DNA of 64,000 bases from Malacoraja senta (lineage: Eukaryota): positions 5,828,001 through 5,892,000 of the forward strand of contig CM075992.1 of assembly GCA_038087875.1 (NCBI GenBank). The letters are read 5' to 3'. Below, one piece after another: positions 63,602-64,000 of this stretch (its first letter is position 1; every line of letters starts with the position of its first letter). The position numbers and the translations under genes were made by a program. Under the pieces are notes generated by a model. That model saw only the letters and a program-made list of their open reading frames with translations, was not told the DNA's origin and searched no databases.

Positions 63602-63780
63602 GTAGATAGACAAAAAATGCTGGAGAAACTCAGCATCTATGGAGAGAAGGAATAGGCGACGTTTCGGGTCGAGATCCTTCTTCCGAAAAAGGGTCTCAAC
63701 CCAAAACATCACCTACTCCTTCTCCGGCATTTTTTGTCGACCTTCGATTTTTCCAGCATCTGCAGTTCTTTCTTAAACAC
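63602..63780. mobile_element. Palindromic Penelope-derived unit with 12-bp target-site duplication
   Basis: agggttaatgtc at 63590-63601 and 63781-63792. Confidence 0.8.
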
Positions 63781-64000
63781 AGGGTTAATGTCATGGTCAG
63801 CCAATCCAGTATAACTTGCATAACTAGTTTTGTTTTGCTTTGTAAAACATGCAGCCATCCAGGTAGGCACAAAATGCTGGAGTAACTCAGAGGGACAGGC
63901 AGCATCTCTGGAGAGAAGGAATGGATTACGTTTCGGGTTAAGACCCTTCTTCAGACAGAAGAAACGTTACCCATTCCTTCTCTCCAGAGATGCTGCCTGT

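Overview
This is vertebrate (eukaryotic) genomic DNA. The repeat content (HE1-type V-SINE, CR1 LINEs, very abundant Penelope-derived palindromic units) suggests a cartilaginous fish, probably a skate or ray; this is an inference. Three transcription units are visible. (1) A complete two-coding-exon LRRC8-family (VRAC channel subunit) gene on + (38766-38903, 41161-43473; 816 aa) that is divergent and mixes features of several human paralogues. A decayed but still in-frame partial copy of its last LRRs follows the stop. (2) A 5'-incomplete AKAP8/AKAP8L-family gene on -, with 12 phase-consistent exons from 60627 down to 47606, convergent with LRRC8. (3) A CpG-island TATA/YY1/NF-Y/E-box promoter at about 30.3-31.3 kb driving a minus-strand gene whose first exon (MESEGGSAAPAGPTT.., GTGAGT donor) is followed by a long repeat-rich intron. 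Synteny and splice phase suggest this gene is BRD4, but that is unproven. The rest of the window is transposon-derived: nested Rex1/hAT/Tx1/CR1 insertions, two Harbinger-type MITEs, SINEs, and many Penelope terminal-repeat units carrying minimal hammerhead-ribozyme cores and 11-15 bp target duplications. One such unit has expanded into a 7 x 51 bp minisatellite beside the promoter. Nearly all other ORFs in the track are spurious. Comparisons with human proteins are from recall, not from searches.
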